IMG/VR virus record: IMGVR_UViG_3300020043_002110
Span: 1 to 24,535 of that record
Length of the DNA stretch: 24,535 nucleotides
Origin: a virus
Taxonomy: Duplodnaviria; Caudoviricetes
Direction: 5' to 3' (one strand)
The notes under the pieces are model-generated. The model was given only the letters and a program-made list of their open reading frames with translations. It made no database searches and had not been told where the DNA came from. Positions 16,953-24,304 of the stretch are shown here, piece by piece. Position 1 is the stretch's first letter, and each line of letters begins with the position of its first letter. A program made the translations under genes and the position numbers.

Positions 16953-16984
16953 AAAAAAGAAAAAATGGGGGCGTTTCCGCCCCC
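16953..16984 (-). terminator. intrinsic terminator or attenuator after the major tail gene
   Basis: Minus strand GGGGGCG-GAAA-CGCCCCC followed by ATTTTTTCTTTTTT, directly abutting the next ATG. Confidence 0.75.
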
Positions 16985-16992
16985 GTTAATTG

Positions 16993-17427
16993 TTAGGCGT
17001 TCGCCGTTTCGGCAAGTACGCCAGTTCCCTCGAACGAGAACGAAAACGTTGCGTTGTCCTCAACACCCGCCTCTTGGTCAAGTGAGGTGATGAATCCGCG
17101 GCCCGAATAGTATTTTTCGCCACTTGCGGTTGAACCAAACTTGACGTAAAGGTTCGTGCGTCCGTTAAGGTAACCGAAAAGGTCGGAATATCCGTCGGCA
17201 CTCGTAAGTGAGTACACAACCAATCCGTCGCCGGACAAAGACCATGAGCGTTGGCCCGACAAAAGTTCACGCCATCCGGCTGAATCTTTGGTTGATGTGT
17301 CGCGGGTTTCCATTGAAATTGACAATGACGCGTTGGTCATACGTCCAACTTCGTCGTAAGTTACGCCGTCCGTGCTGAATTGAATCAGTACGTCGGTTGC
17401 GTTCATGATGGCAGTAGATGCGGGCAT
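16993..17427 (-). CDS. major tail tube protein (TP901-1 / Phage_tail_2 family)
   Basis: DTSTKDSAGWRE.L.G.RSWSLSGDG, YSG.GFITSL, ATFSFSFEGTG.L. Confidence 0.92.
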   Translation of the reverse strand: MPASTAIMNATDVLIQFSTDGVTYDEVGRMTNASLSISMETRDTSTKDSAGWRELLSGQRSWSLSGDGLVVYSLTSADGYSDLFGYLNGRTNLYVKFGSTASGEKYYSGRGFITSLDQEAGVEDNATFSFSFEGTGVLAETANA

Positions 17428-17429
17428 GA

Positions 17430-17603
17430 TTATTTAGTTTTAGGGGTTTTAATTTCGGGTTTTGCGTCGGGTTCGTCGCTAACGATGAAACCGGCGGCTT
17501 TGAGTTGTTCGGCCGTATGATGCGGAACCATGACGAACGAACCTTTGAGAACGACGCGCTCGCGCATCATTTCCCAATCTTTTTTCAATTCAATTTTAAT
17601 CAT
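17430..17603 (-). CDS. small hypothetical protein (57 aa), not in the ORF track
   Basis: MIKIELKKDWEMMRERVVLKGSFVMVPHHTAEQLKAAGFIVSDEPDAKPEIKTPKTK*; ATGA overlap upstream. Confidence 0.7.
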   Translation of the reverse strand: MIKIELKKDWEMMRERVVLKGSFVMVPHHTAEQLKAAGFIVSDEPDAKPEIKTPKTK

Positions 17604-17989
17604 AATTTGATGATTCTGAATGTTAAATCAACTTGCTTGGCGAAATATCGTTCGTCGTCCGAAAACAAATCCCTTTCACCTTCAAATTTACAACTTTGCA
17701 CGGCAACGTCCAAAATTATTTCACGCATACGGACGAATGCGGAACGAACATAATCGATGCCGTTTGCGGTGTCGGAATAGTTCGTGGAAATAAGTGTGAT
17801 TCGCACGTCGACGGAATCAATGTGCGAATCCGAATCTTTGGTTCGGGACGGCGTATTATTTATCACCTCGTAAATGGCGTACGCGGCCGATTGCGCTTGT
17901 GCGCCAACCAACGGGAAAACACGCCCGCCGAATAACGAATTCAAATTCGCATCGGTCGTGAACTTTGATTTGATCACCTTGCCAATCAT
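17600..17989 (-). CDS. tail completion / terminator protein (DUF3168-like)
   Basis: GGRVFPL.....YAIYEVI...P..TKD pattern; position before the tail tube gene. Confidence 0.8.
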   Translation of the reverse strand: MIGKVIKSKFTTDANLNSLFGGRVFPLVGAQAQSAAYAIYEVINNTPSRTKDSDSHIDSVDVRITLISTNYSDTANGIDYVRSAFVRMREIILDVAVQSCKFEGERDLFSDDERYFAKQVDLTFRIIKL

Positions 17990-18534
17990 TGCACCGATTT
18001 ATTGAATTCATTTTCAATGTACGACTTTGCGTCGGCCGTGAACTTTGCCGTCACCAATGCCATCGTGCGCGCTTTGGCGCGGTCGGCGAAACCCAAGTTT
18101 GAACCGCCATACCGCCCCGATTTGATGTTTCCGTAGTTGATGAAATGCGCGAACCAACCGCCCTTTTCGGGGTCGGCAAATGCGCCCTTTACGCGTGGGC
18201 CGACCCAATATGCGGAAAACAAACGCGCGGGGCCATTCGTTTTGCCCTTGCCAATACCAATTGATTTGGCTAATGTTCCCGGCTGGATTTCCGCATACAA
18301 ACCGCCATTGCGGTACACCTTGATGGTTTTGTCGGCGTTCTCGATTTCGGCCTTCATCGCATCGCGCGTGATACGCATTGCGTCGCGTTGTAGTTTGCCC
18401 AAATCGCGTGCGTCGATGGCGTGTGCGAATTTGGAAAGTTCGTTCAACACACGCGAAAATTCGCGGTTCATTTCGGCACCATCGATACCGATACCGCCAA
18501 CGTCACCGCCTTTGTGTTTGTAGGTGCGTGCCAT
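17986..18534 (-). CDS. HK97 gp10-like tail/neck component
   Basis: PGTLAKSI...VGPR...GWFAHFINYG; canonical gene position. Confidence 0.75.
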   Translation of the reverse strand: MARTYKHKGGDVGGIGIDGAEMNREFSRVLNELSKFAHAIDARDLGKLQRDAMRITRDAMKAEIENADKTIKVYRNGGLYAEIQPGTLAKSIGIGKGKTNGPARLFSAYWVGPRVKGAFADPEKGGWFAHFINYGNIKSGRYGGSNLGFADRAKARTMALVTAKFTADAKSYIENEFNKSVQ

Positions 18535-18538
18535 CAGT

Positions 18539-18931
18539 TCACGAAATTATTTGTTCCCATTTGCGGGTGATTGCCTCCCAATTTGGAATGAACAATTCCC
18601 ATTTCATCATGTTCGCGTCCGACAAACGCGTGTGCAAAACCATCGTGTGACGGCGGGCATCGCCCGAAATGATGGATTCGATTTCGTAAATTTTACCGCG
18701 GTAAACAATCGGCATCCGTTCGTTGACGTCGTTGCGCCAACGAATCAAAAATTGAACTTTTTTTGATGCGATGATTTGGTCGGATTGTTCACCCTCGACG
18801 CCGCTTTTTTCCTCAACCTTTGCCCATACGGCCGCAAGGGTTGAAAATGATTTAATCCGTTGCCCGAATACGTCAACGGATTCCGTCACGTTTTGAATCG
18901 TGATGCGCTGGTCGAAATCGCCCGGATTCAT
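18539..18931 (-). CDS. head closure / head-tail adaptor (SPP1 gp16-like) with Trp-heptad C-terminal extension
   Basis: MNPGDFDQRITIQ..D.FG......VWAKV...FLIRWR.DV...M.IVY.GKIYEI; true start at 18931 (TGATG overlap), not 19135. Confidence 0.9.
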   Translation of the reverse strand: MNPGDFDQRITIQNVTESVDVFGQRIKSFSTLAAVWAKVEEKSGVEGEQSDQIIASKKVQFLIRWRNDVNERMPIVYRGKIYEIESIISGDARRHTMVLHTRLSDANMMKWELFIPNWEAITRKWEQIIS

Positions 18932-19512
18932 CAGAACTCGAAAACGCGGTATGGATTCCAAAGATATTCCGACGCCGTTGGCAAACGCTTCACGGAATCC
19001 GTGCGGTTTTCGTACATGTCGCCAATGACGAGCATCATGCCGTGTTTCAACGGCGCTGGAACGGCGGCGGCGTTGGCAAATCCCGCAACGTAACGCACGA
19101 ACACGGCGTTGATGGTTTCGTATGTTCCAAACCATCCGTTGTCGGGTGAAATACGCGCGGGGCGCGAAATGGTGTCGACTTTGTATTCGGCGGGATCCGC
19201 GGTGATCGTGGTTTCGTTCCCGTCGATGTATTTGACGTAGGTCACCGCCGACACCGGCGAACGTGACAAACGAATTTCGTCTTTGTAATCGCCCGAATAC
19301 TGCGGGAAATCGTCAAAGAATTCCTCAAATGTCGTTGGCAACAACGCCATTCGGGTGTATGATTCGCACAATTGACGCGCGGCCGTGATGAAAATGGCCA
19401 ACGTTGCGTCGTCATCCGAATGGTCAACGCGCAAAAATTCCTTAACCTCGGCCAATGTTAATGGTTCCGACGCGGGCGGCGTGACAATTTGAATGGTTTT
19501 TTGTGCGTTCAT
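18931..19512 (-). CDS. head-tail connector (HK97 gp6 / phiE125 gp8-like)
   Basis: EPLTLAEVKEFLRVD..DDD....ITAAR..CE.YT; VPAPLKHGM...IGDMYENR. Confidence 0.92.
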   Translation of the reverse strand: MNAQKTIQIVTPPASEPLTLAEVKEFLRVDHSDDDATLAIFITAARQLCESYTRMALLPTTFEEFFDDFPQYSGDYKDEIRLSRSPVSAVTYVKYIDGNETTITADPAEYKVDTISRPARISPDNGWFGTYETINAVFVRYVAGFANAAAVPAPLKHGMMLVIGDMYENRTDSVKRLPTASEYLWNPYRVFEF

Positions 19513-19515
19513 GGT

Positions 19516-19701
19516 TTAGCGTTTTTCCGTCTTTGATTTTGGAACGGCGCGTTCAGCCCGTTGGGCGGCGGGCTTGGCGATAACTTCCGCCAAACCCGCG
19601 CCAACGTACTCCATCGCCGCCTCGGCGGTAAGGGTATGCACCTCGCCCGAGCGATATGCAAACCCGTTACCAACCAAGGTTGTGAGGAATCGAATTTCCA
19701 T
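19516..19701 (-). CDS. small capsid-adjacent hypothetical protein (61 aa)
   Basis: Fills the gap between the capsid and connector genes. Confidence 0.75.
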   Translation of the reverse strand: MEIRFLTTLVGNGFAYRSGEVHTLTAEAAMEYVGAGLAEVIAKPAAQRAERAVPKSKTEKR

Positions 19702-19705
19702 TCGA

Positions 19706-20908
19706 TTAGGCAGTTTTCATAGTGATGTACTTGATGGCGGCACCATTGATCGCACCAGCGTCAGAACGCTTGTACGCAATGAATCCAACCAACAAAGCGT
19801 CAGCGTAACGCTCGTTCAAACGAAGCATTTGAACGCCACCAGCATTGCGAACAACGTACTTGCTGAAATCAGCGGCAACCAATGGTTTGTTGGTTGAAGC
19901 GATTGCGGCCATGTCGTTGTTGACGTAGAATGGTACACCGAATACGCGGTCGGGTTCTCCAGCGGCCATACCCGGGATAAACACGGGGAAATCGTTAGAT
20001 GAACCAACACCAAGTTTGCGGATAGCGGCGGCAGTTGAATCGGCACCCATAAGAGCGAACGAAGCAGAATTGCGGTACGACTTGTCAACGCTATGGATAA
20101 GGGTCAAGATTTCGTCGGCCGTGATTGCGGTTGCACTTGCGGTAGTGAGGGCAGATGAACCAGCGGTGATGATACCGGTTGGCTTGCTTGATCCGTCACC
20201 CGTGGTGAAATGCGCGTTTTGACCGCGTGCGATACGCTCGCCAAGGGCGTTCACAAGGAACGCGTCGAGGTCGAAAGCGGCGTCTTGCAACAATTGGTAA
20301 GAAACCTTTACGATTTTAGATGAGTAGGTATAGGCACCAAGGTTCAACGATGCAAACGTCATGTCGCTTACAACGTCGGCAGAACCTTCGCTCAAGATAG
20401 CACCAACGACGCTGGTGTCGTCAACCTTTGGGTAAGGCAACGTCGCGCCGCTTTGCGTGTTCAGAACTTGGGCAAGACGCTCAACCTCACCGGTGAACTT
20501 GCTCGCGACGTCAAGGGCGTACGAGAAATCTTCGGGGACGAGGTAACCACCGGCAGATGCTGGGGTCGTCAATTGTGGGTCGGTTCCACGTTGTTCAACG
20601 AGTGAACGCTCTTCGTTGTTCAGACCGGCAAGGCCATGACGAAGGTATTTAGAAAATGCCTCACGCTTGGTGATTTCCTTTTGTTCGGCACGGGCCTCAC
20701 GTCCAGCGGCAATTTCCTTTTTCATTTGCTCGGCGCGCTCGATTTTCTCGGCACTCTCACCAAGTGAGCGAACGTCGTTCTCGATTGCATCGAACTTTTG
20801 GTTTTCTTCGGCGTTCAGCGAACGGCCTTCGGTTTGTGCGGCGGCAACGATGTGATTCATTTCGTTGACCAACGCGGCGCGCTTTTCGCGCAGTTGGATT
20901 GAATTCAT
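19706..20908 (-). CDS. major capsid protein, HK97 fold, with N-terminal delta (scaffold) domain
   Basis: Coiled-coil N-terminal ~100 aa; AGGYLVPE, VSYQLLQD, GDGSSKPTGI, ADFSKY, RLNERYA. Confidence 0.96.
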   Translation of the reverse strand: MNSIQLREKRAALVNEMNHIVAAAQTEGRSLNAEENQKFDAIENDVRSLGESAEKIERAEQMKKEIAAGREARAEQKEITKREAFSKYLRHGLAGLNNEERSLVEQRGTDPQLTTPASAGGYLVPEDFSYALDVASKFTGEVERLAQVLNTQSGATLPYPKVDDTSVVGAILSEGSADVVSDMTFASLNLGAYTYSSKIVKVSYQLLQDAAFDLDAFLVNALGERIARGQNAHFTTGDGSSKPTGIITAGSSALTTASATAITADEILTLIHSVDKSYRNSASFALMGADSTAAAIRKLGVGSSNDFPVFIPGMAAGEPDRVFGVPFYVNNDMAAIASTNKPLVAADFSKYVVRNAGGVQMLRLNERYADALLVGFIAYKRSDAGAINGAAIKYITMKTA

Positions 20909-20911
20909 GAT

Positions 20912-22432
20912 TTATGAATTGAGGTTAATAATTCGTAGAATTAAAGAGCGCAAATTCGGCCGTTCGACCTCGTTCACGTTTTCGGTTTCCAAACCAATTG
21001 GTTCGGTTTGTGGTACGTCGACAACTTCGTCAACGTTTAATGCGCGCGACACCAATTGCGATGTGGCGGCGGGGTAGGCGGGAATCACAACGGGCGCAAC
21101 GTCAATCAAACGCGAAACCTTCGTGATTGTACGAACGTTTTGTTTGTTTTTGATTTCCCATTTGTCGGATTCGATCATAAATGCGAACGACGATTGATTG
21201 ACGTCACCGCGGCGCATCAATTCGGCCAAATCGTTGGCGTATGTCGTGTTCGGCAAATCGATTTCATACATTAAACCCTTTTCGTCGACCGAAAGGCGCA
21301 ACGTACCCGACGAAACCCGACCAAGTAAGTAGTTCCAATCGTGGTTGTAGAACCCGCGAACGTCGTCGTTCATGACGTCGTCGAACGCTCCCGGCGCGAT
21401 GTATTCAATGAACCCGCCCAAATCCTCGGACGGCGAATTGAATACGGCCGCATAACCGCGAATCGTTTGACCCATAACGTCGGCGCGTTGGGTTGTGGTA
21501 CGGCGTTCCATGATGGGAACGTTCTTGCGAACGTCGGCGTCGTATTCCTCAAGTGTGGAAAAACGATGCACCACGTTCAACGGCGGTTGTTGTTCGACGT
21601 ATGCCTCGATTTCGGTGTCGAATTCGTACACACGGATTTTTGCGGCGGGGTCGTCGGGCGTACCCGTTACCACAAAGCCCGAATCGGCCTCTAATTCGCC
21701 GTCCATTGCGATTTCAATGACGCGACCATACGCGAACCCGTTTGACGAATTCCAACGCACGAAATCGCCTAATTCGAGTTCATCGGGCATTGCCCGTGCG
21801 GCCGTCCCTCCCTTAACGCCGACGCCGCCGATTTCGGCCAACACGTCGTCGTTGTTTTCGTAATGACGAACAATGTTCAATTCGTTCACCTTTTCAATTT
21901 TTTTCTCGTTAGACCCCGTCGCGAAAATGCGCGATGCGGGAATTCCGTATTCCTCACCGAACGCGATCAATTCGGCGTCATCGTTGCGGGCGGAAATAAG
22001 GTAAACCTCGGAACCGGATTCCAATTCCTTTTGCAAATACTCTTTGCCCTCGTCCGTGGTCAACGTGCCATCGTAATCAAACGAAACGCGTTCGCCCTCG
22101 GCGCGCAATTCGCGTTTGTATTCCTCGGATTCTTTGTACGTTTCCTCGGCCCAAACCAACATTTCGTCACCGCCCCATGCCGCGTACATGACCGAACCGC
22201 ATATTTCGTTACCCTCGGAATCGAAAAAATCGCCTTGGTCGTAAACCTTGGCGCGGGATAAAAACGAATAAATGCGCGGCAGACGTTCAACCGACACGGC
22301 TTCGCGTTCGGACAAAATTCGGGCGGTTTCCCAACCAACGGCGGTGCCGCATTGCGAATCGTTTTCCTCGCGATGTTTCAACGCACGTTGCGCGTTGTCC
22401 GTGGCCGCTTGCGGGTAATCAGTCCAAGGCAT
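20912..22432 (-). CDS. HK97-family prohead protease with a large multi-domain N-terminal extension
   Basis: C-terminal IRGYAAVFNSPSEDLGGF.E.IAPGAF, FYNHD (His), QSSFAF (Ser), V..PAYPA; about 315 extra N-terminal residues. Confidence 0.93.
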   Translation of the reverse strand: MPWTDYPQAATDNAQRALKHREENDSQCGTAVGWETARILSEREAVSVERLPRIYSFLSRAKVYDQGDFFDSEGNEICGSVMYAAWGGDEMLVWAEETYKESEEYKRELRAEGERVSFDYDGTLTTDEGKEYLQKELESGSEVYLISARNDDAELIAFGEEYGIPASRIFATGSNEKKIEKVNELNIVRHYENNDDVLAEIGGVGVKGGTAARAMPDELELGDFVRWNSSNGFAYGRVIEIAMDGELEADSGFVVTGTPDDPAAKIRVYEFDTEIEAYVEQQPPLNVVHRFSTLEEYDADVRKNVPIMERRTTTQRADVMGQTIRGYAAVFNSPSEDLGGFIEYIAPGAFDDVMNDDVRGFYNHDWNYLLGRVSSGTLRLSVDEKGLMYEIDLPNTTYANDLAELMRRGDVNQSSFAFMIESDKWEIKNKQNVRTITKVSRLIDVAPVVIPAYPAATSQLVSRALNVDEVVDVPQTEPIGLETENVNEVERPNLRSLILRIINLNS

Positions 22433-22436
22433 CGTT

Positions 22437-23642
22437 TTAAATGCTTTGATCTTGACCGGCGTTCACCATGTTCAACGGCTGGAGGTACACGTCGCCACCA
22501 TCGACGTCGGGCAATTGTTCTTTTTTGCGAATGTCGTTCACCGACAACCAACCCCACTGGCGGCCGACGGCGTACGCATCGTATCTCGATTTGATGTCAC
22601 CACGAAGCAAACCCTCGAGGTTGAATTCGACGAAAAACGGCGATTCCAAACCAAACAATTTCAACGTGAATTCTTGTTCCCAACGCACGGCGTATGGGCG
22701 AATCGTATTGCGGACAAACTGAATACCTTGTTCCTCGACGTTCGCACGCGTGGCGGAATTTTTCAAATCGCCCAGCATATGCGGCGGAATAAGGAACCAG
22801 CGGGCAACCTCTTCGACTTGGAACTCGCGTGTTTGCAAAAACTGCGCTTGGTCGGGCGGAATCGTCATGCGCTCGATTTTCATACCCTCCTCGAGAATTG
22901 CGGTCTTGTGGGCGTTACCCAAACCGCCGTATGAATTCGCCCACGAATTTTTGATTCGAACGTATGCGTCGTCCGACAAACGTCCGGGGTGCGTTAACAC
23001 GCCACCGACGTTTGCGCCGTTGCCGAAAAATTGTGCGCCGAACTGGTTTGCCGCCAAACCAATTCCAAAGGTTTCGCGGGCGGCCTTGATCGGTGAAATA
23101 CCGACCATGCCGTCGAACGACAATCCACAAACGTGAATCATTTCGAAATCGGCGTAAACCTCTTTTTTGTCAACGTGGTAATATTTTTCGCCGTCGACGA
23201 CTTTGATTTCAACCCGCAATGGGTGAATCGGAACCAACTTGGTGACGGCGGCGGTTCCGTCGCGCTCGATGAATGCGTATGCGTTGCCGTGAAGCGCGAG
23301 GTTCGCCATCATCGTTTCGCGGAACGTCATTGACGTCATCATCGGATTCGGACGGCGCAGAATCTTCGTCATCGGGTGATTCGCCACCGCGACGGGTGAT
23401 TCGTCCTCGGTCGTGTAAACATTCCACGGCAACGACGCGATTGTTTCCGATAAAATGCGAACCGAAGCCCAAACCGCCGAAAACGTCATGGCGGTTTTTT
23501 CGTTTACCGAAACACCCGTTTTTGATCGGTCGTCAGAAAACAACCATTCGGCTGGTTTGGCCAACGACGTTGACGGGTTGTTGGGCGATGCGCGGAACAA
23601 TCCGCGGAATCGGTCAATGAGGGTGTTTTGCGTTTCGGCCAT
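22437..23642 (-). CDS. portal protein, HK97 family
   Basis: SAVWASVRILSETIASLP, LHGNAYA, GISPI, FFGNGA..GGVL, ILEEGM, DQAQFLQTR, GWLSVNDIR. Confidence 0.97.
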   Translation of the reverse strand: MAETQNTLIDRFRGLFRASPNNPSTSLAKPAEWLFSDDRSKTGVSVNEKTAMTFSAVWASVRILSETIASLPWNVYTTEDESPVAVANHPMTKILRRPNPMMTSMTFRETMMANLALHGNAYAFIERDGTAAVTKLVPIHPLRVEIKVVDGEKYYHVDKKEVYADFEMIHVCGLSFDGMVGISPIKAARETFGIGLAANQFGAQFFGNGANVGGVLTHPGRLSDDAYVRIKNSWANSYGGLGNAHKTAILEEGMKIERMTIPPDQAQFLQTREFQVEEVARWFLIPPHMLGDLKNSATRANVEEQGIQFVRNTIRPYAVRWEQEFTLKLFGLESPFFVEFNLEGLLRGDIKSRYDAYAVGRQWGWLSVNDIRKKEQLPDVDGGDVYLQPLNMVNAGQDQSI

Positions 23643-23659
23643 GGTACGGGAATCCCCAC

Positions 23660-23689
23660 CAAAAATACGAAACGTATTCCAAACCGCAC
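23660..23689 (-). promoter_or_regulatory. possible promoter of the head/tail operon
   Basis: -7 box TATTTTTG at 23660-23667; the -33 position reads GTG rather than TTG. Confidence 0.45.
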
Positions 23690-23702
23690 ACGAATTGACC
23701 GA

Positions 23703-23835
23703 AAAAATTTATTGACACGCGTTGTTGATTTTATTTTTATTTATATATATCCCTTTAGGGATATATATAAATAAAAATAAAATACACGGCGCATCAATAC
23801 GAAGCAAATAAATAAACGAAAACTTTCGAACAATG
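23703..23835. repeat. AT-rich palindromic element, copy 2
   Basis: Perfect 27-bp arms (23728-23754 / 23757-23783) around TT; direct repeat of 8168-8297. Confidence 0.95.
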
Positions 23836-24114
23836 TCAGTTTTCCCGTTCGTACGCAATCAAAAGGTGAATATAATACCCCATCAAATCGTAGATTGTGT
23901 CAATGGTTTCATCGTTCACACCGACCGCTTGAATGCGGGACAACTTGTCGTCGATGCGTCCGCAAATGGATTCAACCGACGACGATTTTGAGAAAACCCG
24001 CACGGGGTTTTGTAACGAATCGCCGTACGTCGTGTTTTTGGACAAAACCAAATCTTCGAGTTTCTCGATGATTTCGGAAATCTTTTCATTCGTGTGTTTC
24101 GCGTCTTTTAGCAT
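23836..24114 (-). CDS. DUF1599 / nucleotide modification-associated domain 1 (Nmad1)-like protein
   Basis: KNTTYGDS...RIDDKLSRI...DTIYDLMGYY signature. Confidence 0.82.
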   Translation of the reverse strand: MLKDAKHTNEKISEIIEKLEDLVLSKNTTYGDSLQNPVRVFSKSSSVESICGRIDDKLSRIQAVGVNDETIDTIYDLMGYYIHLLIAYEREN

Positions 24115-24304
24115 TGTTTAGGCAGTTTTGAAATGATTGATAGCGGGTGAATCGTCGGCGTCCGTAAACCGAAACGTGCATCAATTCACACATTTCGTAC
24201 GCCTCGATTTTTTGTGCGCCCTCGTCGGTGTAAACCTTGAACAATTGGTTGAAGGAATCCAATGTGGCGCATTGATTTTTAAACACTTGGGTTTTGTTTT
24301 TCAT
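24086..24304 (-). CDS. hypothetical protein (72 aa)
   Basis: ATGA-coupled to the terminase stop. Confidence 0.65.
   Translation of the reverse strand: MKNKTQVFKNQCATLDSFNQLFKVYTDEGAQKIEAYEMCELMHVSVYGRRRFTRYQSFQNCLNNAKRRETHE

Noticed and set aside
18539-19135. Extended starts in the ORF track (19135, 5159, 5454, 6805, 2257, 8183, 1851)
   Set aside because: They overlap upstream genes or promoters; internal ATGs with coupled overlaps or A-rich leaders fit better.
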